A DNA stretch of 63,710 bases, counting the filler, from Chiloscyllium plagiosum (Eukaryota), in assembly GCF_004010195.1 (NCBI RefSeq). It is 7 parts of one record of this genome, joined end to end, with 100 filler letters (N's around TTAATTAATTAA, not from the genome) between each part and the next. Parts side by side here need not be neighbours in the genome. Positions count along the whole stretch, not along the records: positions 33,179 to 43,395 come from NC_057711.1; positions 43,496 to 54,683 come from NC_057711.1; 5 more parts are not named here. The stretch is one strand, 5' to 3'. Of the stretch, positions 37,521 through 50,257 are shown in pieces. The notes under the pieces are model-generated. The model saw only the letters and a list, made by a program, of their open reading frames with translations. It ran no database searches and was not told where the DNA came from. The translations under genes and the position numbers were made by a program. Numbering within the stretch: position 1 is the first letter of the stretch; every line of letters begins with the position of its first letter.

Positions 37521-38293
37521 GAAGGAATTATCCCTCCGTTAGAAATAATGGAGGCACTGGTGGCCATTTTACAAGTTTCTGTAGACTACAGATTGAAGAG
37601 TCACTAATATAACCTAATATTTAAAAAGGTAGGTATACAGAAAACAGTGAACTAGAGGCCAGCGAGTTTGGTGTCAGTCATGCAGGTGATGTTCAAATCT
37701 ATTATCAAGAATTAGAAATAAGTGGTGGAATTAAACACATTCAGCATCGATTTTACAAGAGGGAAATTGTGCTTGACAAATATATTGGAATTCTTTGAGG
37801 ATATTACTTATAGGAATGATCAGGGAGCCATTGAACGTGATTTATTCAGAAACTCAGAATGCTGTCAACAAAGTCCCACATGAGAGACTGATGTGTAAAA
37901 TTATAGCACATGGGACTGGGTTAATGTTTCAAGATTGATAGAAAATTTGTTAGCAAATGGGGAACAAAAAGTAAGAAGAAATGGGCCTTTTACTGAATAG
38001 CAGATAATGACTAGTGGGGTAATGCAAGGATTGGTATGAGGAGCCCAACTATTCACAATATATGTTAATGATTTGAATGAGGGAACTAAATGTAATATCT
38101 TTGCAGATAAGACACAGCTGGATGGAAAGGAGACTGAAGGATCTATTTAGATTAGATTAGATTACTTACAGTGTGCAGGATGCAGAGATATTGCAGTGAG
38201 ATTTGGACAGATTGAGTGAGTAAGCAAATGTATAGAAGATGCAATAGAATGTGAAGTTACAGAGTCATAGAGTTAGACAGCACAGAAATAGAG

Positions 38294-38744
38294 TAGATTA
38301 GATTACTTACAGTGTGGAAACAGGCCCTTTGGCCCAACAAGTCCACACCGACCCGCCGAAGCGCAACCCATCCATACCCCTACATTTACCCTTCACCTAA
38401 CATGGCCAATTCACCTGACCTGCACATCTTTGGACTGTGAGAGGAAACCAGAACACCCGGAGGAAACCCACACAGACACGGGGAGAATGTGCAAACTCCA
38501 CACAGTCAATCGCCTGAGGCGGGAAATGAACCCGGGTCTCTGACTCTGTGGGGCAACAGTGCTAACCACTGTGCCACCCACCGTGGGTAGGTTAGGTGAA
38601 TTAGCCATGCTAAATTGCCTGTCGTGTTAGATGAAGGGGTAAATGTAGGGGAATGGATCTGGGTGGGTTGCACTTCGGCGGATCGGTGTGGACTTGTTGG
38701 GCTGAAGGGCCTGTTTCTACACTGTAAGTAATCTAATCTAATCT
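38294..38744. mobile_element. Head-to-head HE1 SINE pair with tails facing outward
   Basis: Minus copy 38294-38581 plus plus-strand 3' half 38584-38744; flanked by AAATAGA duplication. Confidence 0.85.
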
Positions 38745-38949
38745 AAATAGATCCTTCAGTCTAACTTGTCTGTGCCAACTAAGTTTCCCAAACTAAACTA
38801 GCCCTATTTGTCAGTGTTTAGCCCATATCCTTCTAAACCTTTTCCTATTCATGTACCCTGTCCAAATGTCTTTTAAATGTTAAAACTGTACCTGCATCTA
38901 CCATTTCCACTGGCAGTTCATTCCACATATGAACCACCCTCTGTGTGAA

Positions 38950-41597
38950 CAAAGATCAAAGAGAACAAAGAAAATTTACAGCCCAGGAACAGGCGCTTCG
39001 GCCCTCCTGAGCTGATCTAAATCTACTGTCTAAACCTGTCGCCCAAATCCTAAATAACTATATCCCTCTGCTCCCCACCTACTCATTCATCTGTCCAGAC
39101 GCATCTTAAATGAATCTACTGTGTCTGCCTCTACCACCTCTGCTGGCAATGCATTCCAGACACCCATCACCCTCTGTGTAAAGAACTCGCTGCGTGTACC
39201 CCCCTTAAACTTTTCACCTTTCACCTTGAAAGTGTGACCTCTCGTTATTGAATCCATCACCCTGGAAAAAGCTTATCTCTACCTACCCTGTCTATACCCT
39301 TCATGATTTAGTAAACTTCAATCAGGTCCCCCCTCAATCTCTTTTTTTCTAATGAAAACAGACCTAACCTACTTAACCTCTCTTCATAGCTAGGAACTTC
39401 CATACCAGGCAACATCCTCGTAAACCTTTTCTGCATCCTTTCCAAAGCATCCACATCGTTTTGGTAATGTGGCGACCAGAACTGTACACAGCATTCTAAA
39501 TGTGGCTGAACCAATGCCTTGTACAATTTTAACATGATTTGCCAGCTCTTATACTCAATAACCTGTCCAATGAAGGCAAGCATATCATATGCCTTCTTGG
39601 CCACTCTATCCACCTGTGCAGTCACCTTCAGGGTACAATGGACCTAAACTCCCAGATCTCTCTGCTCATCAACTTTTCCCAAGGCTCTTCTTTTTACAGT
39701 ATAATTCGCTCTAGAATTGAACTCCATCTGCCACTTTTCCACCCAACTCTCCAGTCTATGTATATCCTCCTGTATTCTTTAACAGTCTCTTTCTACGCTT
39801 TCTATGCTTTCTACGACTCCACCAATCTTCATGTCATCTCCAAACTTGCTGATCATACCAACAGTGCTCCCTTCCAGATCATTTATATATATCACAAACA
39901 ACAGTGGCCACAGCACTAATCCCTGTGGAACACCACTGGTCACCTTTCTCCATTTCGAGAAACTCCCTTCAACTACTACTCTCTGCCTCCTGTTATTCAA
40001 CCAGTTCTTTATTCACCTAGCTAGAACACGTGACTCACTTTCTCTATTAGTTTACCATGGGGAACCTTATCAAACACCTTACTAAAGTCCATGTATATGA
40101 CATCACCAGCCCTTCCTTCATCTATCAAATTGGTCACTTCCTCAAAGAACTCTATGAAGTTGGTAAGGCATGCTCTCCCCCTCACAAAGCCATGTTGGCT
40201 AGCACTGATAAGCCCATTCTTTTCTAAATATAAATAGATCCTATCCCTTCTCCAGTAACTTTCCCACCACTGACATCAGGCTCACTGGTCTGTAGTTATC
40301 CGGAATATCCCTACTACCCTTCTTGTATAGGGAGACAACATGAGCAACCTTCAAGTCCTCCGGCACCTCACCTGTATTTAAGGATGCCACAAAGATATCT
40401 GTCAGGGCCCCAGCTATTTCCCCTCTCGCCTCCCTCAGCAACCTGGGATAGATCACATCCGATCCTGGGGATTTGTCCACCTTAATAATCTCTAGCCTAC
40501 CCAACACAACTTCCCTACTTATGTCAATGTGATCCAGACTAATCAAACTTCTATCTCTAATCTCAACATTCATCATGTTCCTCTCCTCAGTGAACACTGA
40601 TGAAAAGTAATCATTCAGAATCTCACCCATTCTCTCAGGTGCGACACACAGACTTCCTTTGTAACCCTTTGGTGGACCAATCCTTTCTCTAGTTAACCTC
40701 CTGCTTCTTATATAAGAATAAAATGCTTTGGGATTCTCCTTAATTCTGCTTGCTAGAGCTATTTCATGACTCCTTTTAGCCCACTTGATTCCTTGTTTAA
40801 GACTGGTCCTACTCTTCCGACATTCCTCCAGGGTTCATTCTGTTCTTAGCTGCCTGGACATTCCTTTTTCCTCTTGGCTAGTCGTATGATTTCTCCTGTC
40901 GTCCACTGTTCACGAATCTTGACTTTCCTATACTTTGCCTTCAACGGGACATGCCTATCCTGCACTATCTTTAATCTATCTTTGAAAGCATCCCACATGC
41001 CAAATGTGGACTTCTCTTCAAGTAGCTGTGTCCAATCCACATTTCTCAGCTCCTGCTTAATTTTGATATAATTGGTCTTGGTCAAGTTTAGTACTCTTCC
41101 CTTAGGATCACTCTCATCTTTGTCTACAAGTATTCTAAAACTTACAGAAATGTGGTCAATGTTCCCAAAGAAATCCCCCACCACAACTTCTACCACCTGG
41201 CCTGGCTCATTCCCCAATACTAGGTCCAATATGGCCCCTTCCCTCATTGGACTATTGACATACTGCTCTAGAAAACTCTCCTGGATGTTTCTTACAAATT
41301 CTATCCCATCCAGACCTCTGACGTTAAGTGTATCCCAGTCAATGTTGGGAAAATTAATATCTCCCATCAGCACTCCCCTATTGCCTCCACATCTTTCCAA
41401 AAACTGTTTACTTATTTGTTTTTCTACCTCACACTCACTATTGGGAGGCCTGTAATACACCCCCAACAATGTAACTGTACCCTTCTTATTTCTCAGCTCT
41501 ACTCATAATGCCTCACGACCCATGTCCTCCTTTAGCACAGCCGTGATGTCATCCCTGACCAGCAATGCAACTCCAGCCCCCCTTTTATTTCCCTCCC
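38950..41597 (-). mobile_element. Long CR1 ORF2 (EN + RT + 3' end) nested in another CR1 3' end
   Basis: YYRPPNS, MGDINFP, KSPGSD, SGVPQG, KFGDDMK, PHLECCVQFWSP; TGTGAA duplicated at both ends. Confidence 0.92.
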
Positions 41598-43190
41598 TGT
41601 GAAAAGGTTGCCCCTCAGGTGCCTTATAATCTTTCATCGCTCACCTTAAAATTATGCCCTCTAATTTTGAACTCCCCTAGTCAAGGGAAAAGACCTTTTG
41701 TATTCCTATGCACATCATGATTTTGTAAACCTCCATAAGATCAGCACTCAATGTCCTATGCTCAAATAAAAAAAGTCCCAGCCTATCTAGCCTCTCCTCA
41801 TAACTCAAACCCTCCAGTGTCAGTAACATCCTTGTAAATCTATTTGCACCCTCTCCAGTTTAACAATATCCTTCCAATTACAGGGTTACCAGAACTGTAC
41901 ACAGTACTCCAAAAGTGGCCTCACTAATGTCATATCCAACCACAACATGATGGCCCAACTCCTATACTCAGTGGTCTGAGCAGTGAAGGCAAGCATGCCA
42001 AATGCCTTCTCCACCACCTTGTCAACCTGTGATGCAATTTTCAAAGAACTATGTACTTGAACCCTTAGGTCTCTCTGTTCGAAAATACTCCCAGGGTGTT
42101 TGTCTTACCAAAATGCAATACCGTCTGTTCTGGTAGACAGCAATAATTCCGGTCCTAAGTGATCCCGCGTTATAAGAAAATCCCGTTATAGCAGCACCAT
42201 TCAAACCAATGGGACCTGAATAGTGCTATAGCCAACCTAGGTAAGGAAAGTACACGTTCTACAATTATGGCCTAAATCCTTCAATCATGTTATTGCCAAT
42301 TCACGCTGAAGAAACACACATTATAGCAGAACCAACTCTACCTTGCATTTATCCAAATTAAACTCTATCTGACACTCTTTGACCCAATTATACAGTCATT
42401 GAGTCATACTGCATAGAAACAAACCCTTCGGTCCAACTCGTCTGTGCTGACCAAATATCCCAATCGGACCTAGAAATTAGCCCATATCTCTCTAAACCCT
42501 TCCTATACATATACCCACCCAGATGCACTATAAATATTGTAATTGTACCTGTCTCTACTCTGGCTATTCACCCTATCCATGCACCTCATGATTTTATAAA
42601 CCTCTATAAGGTCATCCCCCAGCCTCAGACATTCCAGGAAAAAAATCCCAAGCCTATTTAGCCTCAGCTTATAACTCAAACCCTCCAGTCCCGGCAACAT
42701 TTCTGTAAATCTTTTTGTACCTTTTCCAATCGAATAATGTCCTTCCTTCTTGCAGGGCGACCAGAATTGTATGCAAAATTCTGAAAGTGGCCTCACCAAT
42801 GTCATGTACAGCTGCACCATGACATCCCATCTCCTATATTCAATGTTCTGACCAATGAAGGCAAGCATACCAAATGCCTTACTCACCCCCTGTCTACCTG
42901 CATCTCAACTTTCAAGGAACTATGCATCTGTACCCGTAGGTCTCTTTGTCCAGCAACACTCCTCAGGAATATACCATTAACTATATAAGTCCTGCGCTGA
43001 TTTGCCTTATCAAAATGCAACCACCTCACATTTATCTGAATTAAATTTTGTAAACTTTGATAACCTTCTTCACTGTCCATTATACCATTAATTTTGGTGT
43101 CGCCCACAAACTGAGTAACCATGCTTCCTAAGTTCTCATCCAAACCATTTACATAAATGACAGACAACAGTGAACCCAGCACCAATCCCT
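41598..43190 (-). mobile_element. CR1 3' halves
   Basis: RT C-terminal motifs in ORFs 42503-43185. Confidence 0.85.
42121..42338. mobile_element. Tc1/mariner (Tigger/MER6-like) MITE
   Basis: TA duplicated; degenerate TIRs CCGTCTGTTCTG / TTATAGCAGAACCAACTC; splits a CR1 cleanly. Confidence 0.55.
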
Positions 43191-43395
43191 AGGTAAAAAC
43201 AATGACTGCAGATTCTGGATTAGTGGTGCTAGAAGAGCACAGCATGTCAGGCAGCATCCGAGGAGCAGTAAAATCAACGTTTTGGGCAAAAGCCCTTCAT
43301 CAGGAATAAAGGCAGAGAGCCTGAAGCATGGAGAGATAAGCTAGAGGAGGGGGGGGGTGGGGAGAAAATAGCATAGAGTACAATAGGTGAGTGGG
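43190..43395 (-). mobile_element. Penelope-like terminal repeat with mutated hammerhead motif
   Basis: Minus strand reads CTGATGAAGGGCTTTTGCCC-AAAACGTT. Confidence 0.75.
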
Positions 43396-43495
43396 NNNNN
43401 NNNNNNNNNNNNNNNNNNNNNNNNNNNNNNNNNNNNNNNTTAATTAATTAANNNNNNNNNNNNNNNNNNNNNNNNNNNNNNNNNNNNNNNNNNNN

Positions 43496-43812
43496 AGAGG
43501 CATAGATAGAGTCGATAGCCAGAGACTATTTCCCAGGGCAGAAATGACACGAGGGGTCATAGTTTTAAGCTTTTTGGAGGAAAGTATAGAGGGGATGTCA
43601 GAGGTGGGTTCTTTACACAGAGAGTTGTGAGAGCATGGGATGCGTTGCCAGCAGCAGTTGTGGAGGCAGGGTCATTGGGGACATTTAAGAGACTCCTGGA
43701 TATGCATATGGTCACAGAAATTTGAGGGTGCATACATGAGGATCAGTGGTCGGCACAACATCGTGGGCTGAAGGGCCTGTTCTGTGCTGTACTGTTCTAT
43801 GTTCTATGTTCT
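43496..43812 (+). mobile_element. CR1 3' end
   Basis: (ATGTTCT)n tail. Confidence 0.9.
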
Positions 43813-44056
43813 AAATGTACTTAGGTACATGTGACCACAATAAATCAAACAAATCAAATCAAAACAAAACAAATCAAAGTTGGGGGTGACTGGGGGGAGG
43901 TTTTAAGTTTATAATTTGATCAAAAGCTACACATCTCTGTGCTAGATATAACTGCAAACAGAGAGTTCACCCCAAATTCCCACTGACTTCAATTTTGCTA
44001 GAGTTTCTTGTGGTCAAACACAGCCTGAATGGTACAGGAAGTCACAGTCTCCTCAC

Positions 44057-44331
44057 CTCTGAAGTTCTGCTCTTGTTAATATTTGTATCAAGACTGTAAT
44101 AAGATCGTGAGCTGTGTACACCAAACTGTGAGCCACCAACAGACAATCACAAATTGGTTGTCTACATAGTTCTTCACATCCTCATGAGTAAGTATCGTGA
44201 AATTGCAGAATCACATCTCATGTTGAACATTGTGTTGTGCTGTGAAGCAATTTAAGATTGCCAGTCAGACTCCGAATATGACATTCTCACTTGTATTGAA
44301 ACCTTGATGTATTAATATTCAAGGCCTTATT
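44057..44331 (-). other. Two candidate micro-exons (44291-44331 NKALNINTSRFQY; 44057-44093 LDTNINKSRTSE)
   Basis: AG/GT boundaries, gtgag donors and compatible phase 2 junction; no recognisable domain. Confidence 0.25.
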
Positions 44332-45193
44332 CTTTGCAGACAGAAAGAACATGTTCACTTGCATCTGTTTCAGTGGAACAAAATAGGTGATAGCCAGTTT
44401 CTGATTCATTTCTCATGGCAATGCCACGCCGAATCAAAGTCAATCTGCTTTGTTTCAAGTTAACTGTCTGTTATTATTAGTGTATTCTGTATGTCAACAC
44501 TTTCACCAAAGCCAACATGCGAACAAACTGGTACTTTCCTCTCATACAGTTTTGACGGATTTTTCACTTTATTTTGGCATTTCTTACATATTGTCCTAAC
44601 AAAAGCAAGACAAAATGTACCTTTTGTCAATGTATTTTCTTAGAATACAGCAATTTTGAAGTTATGTAGCAGCTAATGTAGCCCTAGTTAGACCCAGCTG
44701 GAGCAGTGTGTTTATTTCTGATGCATCACACTTTACAAAGATTATATTGGCTTAGGAGGAATTGTTTGCTCGCCAGCATTTATTGCAGATCTCGAATTGC
44801 CCTTGCTGGGTATGGAAGGTTTGAATTATAAAGAAAGGCAGGGTAGGCTGGGACATTTTTCACTGGAATGTAGGAAGTTGAGAGGTGATCTGAAAGATAG
44901 AGTTAATAGTAGTTGTTTTTTTCCCTAGGATGGGAGATTTCAAGACTACAATATTTTTAAGGTGAGAGGAGAGAGATTTTGAAAAGACATGAAGGACAGG
45001 TTTTGATTTGCATGTGGAATGAGCCTCCTGAAGGAGTGGTGGATGTGTGTACAATTACAACTTAAAAGATCTTTGGATAATTACATGAATAGGAAAAGTT
45101 TGGAGGGATCTGGGCCAGGAACAGGCAAGTGGAACTAACTTATTTTGAGATTATGTTCGGCAAACAGTCCAACCCATGCTATATGTCTTTATA

Positions 45194-45331
45194 GGAGAAA
45201 GTGAGGTCTGCAGATGCTGGAGATCAGAACTGAAAATTCCTGAAGAAGGGCTTATGCCTGAAACGTCGATTCTCCTGTTCCCTGGATGCTGCCTGACCTG
45301 CTGCGCTTTTCCAGCAACACATTTTCAGCTG
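45194..45331 (+). mobile_element. 138-bp PLE-derived insertion with intact hammerhead motif (core 45240-45267)
   Basis: CTGAAGA-AGGGC-TTAT-GCCT-GAAAC-GTC; 14-bp TSD TATATGTCTTTATA; inverted 5' segment. Confidence 0.85.
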
Positions 45332-45354
45332 TATATGTCTTTATAACTGTATAA

Positions 45355-45650
45355 GATACATAGAATCACAGAATCACTACAGTGTGGAAGCAGGCAATTT
45401 GGCCCACTGAGTCCATACCAACCCTCTGCGAGCATCCCACCCACATCCACCTCCCACCCCTATATCCCTGCGTTTCCCATGGCTGATTCACCGAGCCTGC
45501 ACATCCTGGATATTATGGGCAATTGAACATGGCCTATCCACCTAAACTGTACATCTTTGGAATGTAGGAATAAACCAAAGCACCCAGAGGAAACTCACAG
45601 AGACACAAAGAGAATGTGCAAACTCCACACAGTCACCAGAGGCTGGAGCA
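45355..45650 (-). mobile_element. HE1-type SINE, 5' truncated
   Basis: Similarity to other copies. Confidence 0.75.
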
Positions 45651-46175
45651 GAATTAGACCATTTGGCCCATCAAATCTGCTCTGTCATTTATCATGGTTA
45701 ATATCTTTCCCAACCCCATTCTGCTACCTTCCTTTTCTATCCTTTAATCCCCTTAATAAGACTATAAAGTGACCAAAAGGTCACCTGTCATGAACTGATT
45801 TCAATAGGAGGGATTTCCAGGATTTTAACAGTCCTTTTTTTAACAGTGAAGGAATATCTATATAATTCAAGTCAAGATGGTGTGAGTGGAGCAATTGTGG
45901 TGTTCCTGTGTACGTTCTGCCTTTTCCTTCTTGGTGGTGCAGGTCATGGGTTTGATATGTTTCCAAGGATTACAGTTCAAGGTTGACTGTGCAAAAGAGA
46001 GTCATTGTTAGTAATTTACATTTTTAGAAGATAATCTTCTCAAAAGTCCTACTGCAGTTGATATAGGGTTAAAGTTTTCTCTATTACACATGATCTCAAT
46101 GAATAGTAAAATCAACTTGAGGTATTAAATGGCTAACTCCTATTCCTATGTCCCTACTATCTCTCTGCTTCTTAC

Positions 46176-46291
46176 CCGAATTTTTGAAAGAAGTCTGCAA
46201 TGGTCAGTAGTTCTAGAACCGGAATATTGCCTTTGTTGAATATGATCTTGCGCATACATTTCCCTTTGAGACAATCCTTTTCTTGATCCAA
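46176..46291 (-). CDS. Probable exon, VWD-like: LDQEKDCLKGKCMRKIIFNKGNIPVLELLTIADFFQKF
   Basis: ctgattacag acceptor, GG|gtaaga donor, 116 bp; a second frame is also open. Confidence 0.5.
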
Positions 46292-46789
46292 CTGTAATCA
46301 GATGATAACAGACAATGAGTGGCATGAAACAAATGCAGTATTAGATCAATATGTCAGCAGGCCATGATTTACTCTTTTAATCTAGTTGACACCAAAACTG
46401 CACAGTTACATCTATCAAAAATATACATGCTAGGTATTATATCTTTATTTTTATAAAAACCAGGTTGAGATCTAACTAAGTTAAGGACAATGTTAATTAC
46501 CAACAGTCTATCCAACACTTCTGTCCTACTAATTTTGAACACTCCCAGGTACTGAGTTCCTTATGTCACCATTGCCTGGGTATTATTTCTTCCGCTTTGG
46601 TAAGCACAAATTCAAAGTTCTCATTTAACACTTCAGCCGTGGCCTCAGCCCAAGATGTAAATCCCACTTTTGGTGCCTAATCAGTCCTACTCCTCCTTCC
46701 ACCATCCTTTTACTAATTTATTTTGGTCATAAAGGACTTTGAGACATCTCTTTATATTGACTGTCAGTCCAATCGCATAATTCCTCTTT

Positions 46790-47472
46790 ACAGTACAGCA
46801 GAAAATAACGTCAATTTATTGTTTCACTCTGAAAGTGAACATTAAACAACTCTAAGCCCTCCTTTCTCTTAACTGCTTATTAACTGCCTCCGAGCTATAA
46901 CAATACACTGTTCTAACAATACACTTAATAAAATTACATCAACTTAATTTCAAAACCACACAGCCATTGTCGTCTTCTGGGTCGTTCTTATTCCAGCTGA
47001 AGGTCTCCCTGGGTCGTCTTCTTTCATTTAACTGTGAATATGTTTCATATGAAAAGGTACCGTTTTGATACAGAGTGTTTCCAAATTTTTTGGAGAGCAA
47101 GCTGTTAGATCTCCAGGTATTTCTGTCTTGATGATTGTTGTACTGTCTGACCAATTTTCAAATGGTCCACATTTTATATCCCCTCAACATCTGATTGTCT
47201 CATTGGTTCAATGTTGGCAAAACAATAAATTAAAACCCAATTGAATTTCAGTATCCTGGAGCAAAATTTAAACTGATAGGTTAAATTTGAATTGCTGTCA
47301 AAACAGCAACCAACTCAGTTATCCATTTCACAGCCAAATGTTACATTTTTTCAATCTTCCAGTACATTCTAGGACTGCCATCTAGTCATATATACAGGTG
47401 CTGTAATCTCTCAGTTCAGAACAGCATTCTCTCTCTCTTAGAAGTTAATTATACACCTTCAACTTCTTAACA
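46790..47472 (-). mobile_element. Probable solo LTR
   Basis: Minus strand starts TGTTA, TATAAAA near 47175, AATAAA near 46815; the terminal 60 bp recurs at 35770-35829. Confidence 0.45.
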
Positions 47473-47479
47473 ATGCTAA

Positions 47480-48430
47480 CCCCATTTCCTTGCACTTGGC
47501 CCATATCTTTCTGAACCTTCCCTCTCCATGTAATTTTCAAAATGCCTTTTAAGAAATGTTGTTAATGTAATCACCTCAACCACTTCTACCAGCAACTCAT
47601 TCCAAATGCATACCATTCTCTATGTAAAAACATTGTCCCTAAGGTTCCCTTTTATTCTTTCCCCTCTAACCTTCAGCTAATGCCCTCTAGTCCTTGATTC
47701 CCCAACCCTGGGAAAAAGACTAAGTGCATTCATCTTAGTGCAATCATGCCTCGGATGATTTTATACACTTATACAAAATCCTCCTCAGTGTCCTATGCTC
47801 AAAAAAGAAAAAACAAAATCGTGGCTTGTCCAACCTATTCCTATAACTCAGAACATTGAGTCCAGGCAACATCCTTGTACATTTCTTCTATACTCTTTCC
47901 AGTTTAATAACATCCTTCCTCGAACAAGGTGACCAAAACTTAACACAATACTCCAAGTGTGGCCTCACCAACGTCCTGTATAAATGCAACATAACTTCCC
48001 AATTCTATACTCAATGCCTTGACTGATGAAGGCCAGTGTGCCAAAAGCCTTCTTCACTGCCAGTTTACATATGACTCCACTTTCAGAGAATCGTGCACCT
48101 GAACTCCAAGGTCCCTCTATTCCACTACACTCTTTAAGGCCCTACTATTCACCATGAAACTACGACCTTGATTTGACTTTCCAAAATGCAAGACCTCACA
48201 CTTATCTATCTTAAACTCCATTTGCCCTTTCTTGGCCCACTTCCCCAGCTGCTGCAATTTCTGATAACCGTCCTCACTGTCCATGATACTTCCTATTCTA
48301 GTGTCATCTGCAAACTTACTTACCAAACCTTGTACATTCTCATCCAAATCATAGATAACAAATAGCACTGGGCCCAGCAACAATCACTGAGGGACTCAAC
48401 TAGTCACAGGCCTCCAGTCCGACAAGCATC
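47480..48430 (-). mobile_element. CR1 RT and 3' end
   Basis: SKFADDTRIG..KCEVLHFGKSN. Confidence 0.88.
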
Positions 48431-49159
48431 AATGGACTTGAAACAGTAATTCTGCTTTCTTTCCACAGATGCGGCCTGACCTGCTGAGTTTAGACAGCAA
48501 TTGCTTTATTTCAGATTTTCAGCATTCACGGTTCTTTGTTTTATTTCAGAATCTGAGGAGTCACAAATGGTGCATTGTACAGTCATTAGCAAACATCTTA
48601 CTTCTGATGGGATCATGGAGAAAAGGTCATTACTGAAGCAGCTGAAGATGGTTGGGCCTTGGACACTACCCTGAGTAACTCCTGCAGCCTTGGAGCCAAG
48701 GTTACGAACCTCCAACAACCACAAGTACTTTCCTATGTCCCAGGTATGATTCCAAACAGCAGAGGTTTCTACCTGATTCCCACTAACTCCAGTTTTACCT
48801 CTGGCTATCAGTTAATTGATGCTGATACTTTTTGACTTTCTCGGGCCTGTTTGACATGCGAGAAGTGTTTTTTTTAAAAGAATATAATAAAATAACTTGC
48901 AGAGCAACGTTTAATGGCACAGTTGTGAGCTGATAGCTGTGGATAAATTCATAAGGCTACAAAACTTATTAAAATTATGCACGGGACCATTTGTTCTCAG
49001 AGCCAAATTCTCCGTACGATAGGCAAGGAACAACAGTGATAATACTCCCATTTTCACAAAGAGGTGTTTGTTCACTGAAACTCTGAGCCTTAGAAGAACT
49101 CATTAAAACAGCAAGATAATCTGACAAAGGAGGATGACTGATATACACAAGTCAAGCAA

Positions 49160-50255
49160 AAACATAAACATAAGGACAACTCTACACAAGTCCAACTACT
49201 TTGAGTGGGCATCCACAATGACTAAGATTGTTGATCTCATGAAAGGGCCAGCGCATTCGACGTGTAAACGAGACAAGGTTAACCGGGCCAATCCCATAAA
49301 TGTAGAGGAGCTGCTGGTAATTTATGTCCTTGTTGGCAATCTGGACAATGTCTCATAAACTCAGCAATGTCTGCATCCAATCTTGGCCACCAGACATCAC
49401 TTGTCGCCCACATCTTCACTTTGGACACTGCTGGATGACCCTGTTGGAGTTCAGCCAGTATCCAGTAGCAACTTTTGCTTGGGACATTCATTCTTGCTCC
49501 CCATAATAAAATGCCATCCTCTATGGTGATCCAGTCTTGCCAGGTGCAGAATGCTTTCAATTCTGGCTGTGATGGCCCTTTTGTTTCCCGCCATAATTTC
49601 CATCAGTTTTAGTTTTATTTTATTCATTCATGGGACAAGGGCTTCACTGGCTCTACAGCATTTATTGCCCATCCCTTATTGTCCAGAGGGCAGTTAAGAG
49701 TCAACCACATTGCTTTGGGTCTGCAGTTACATGAAGGTCTAACCAGACGAGGATGGCAGTTTCCTTCCCTATAAGACATCGGTGGACCAGATGGTAAATC
49801 ATTTTGATTTTTAAAATTCAATTCAAATCCAAATTCAATCCTGGGTTCCCACAACATTACCAGTCCAGCAATAATACCACTAGGCTGTTACCGCCCAAGT
49901 TTGGACGCCCAAGAAGGGTGTCCAGAAAGTTTAAAACCAGAATGGTCTCTTCCCATGGCGGCAACACCCATGATGTGTCTGGCAGCAGGATGTGGCTCAA
50001 GGCATTGCATTTGCTACTTAACAAAGAGCCCACCACTGAATCCGGTATGAAGCTATAGGAGGTTTGGCCTTGTCCTCTTTGAGTAGCCCTAGCAGGAGCT
50101 TGTAGTCTGGAACTATAACAAATTTACATCTGTAAAGGTATTAATGGAACTTTCTCACATCAAAGATGATGCCAAACCATCCATCTCTATCTGAGCAGAT
50201 GTGGTCTGTGCATCGGCTGAAGTCTGGAGAGCATATGCTATTGGGTATTCCTCTC
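49160..50255 (-). mobile_element. Gypsy (K02A2.6-like) pol/integrase remnant split by a Deu-type SINE (49620-49890)
   Basis: DGILLWGARMNVP..LAELQQGHP..VWWPRLDADI..CPDCQ..PLHLWDWP. Confidence 0.85.
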
Positions 50256-50257
50256 CA

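Larger units (their letters stand above)
33740..38255 (+). mobile_element. Old long CR1 (ORF1 end, EN, RT) hosting several later insertions
   Basis: Collinear degraded CR1 motifs resuming after each insert. Confidence 0.7.

Noticed and set aside
48900..49051. MGVLSLLFLAY as a possible first exon of the mucin-like gene
   Set aside because: Weak donor (gtacgg), and the nearest acceptor gives an in-frame stop.
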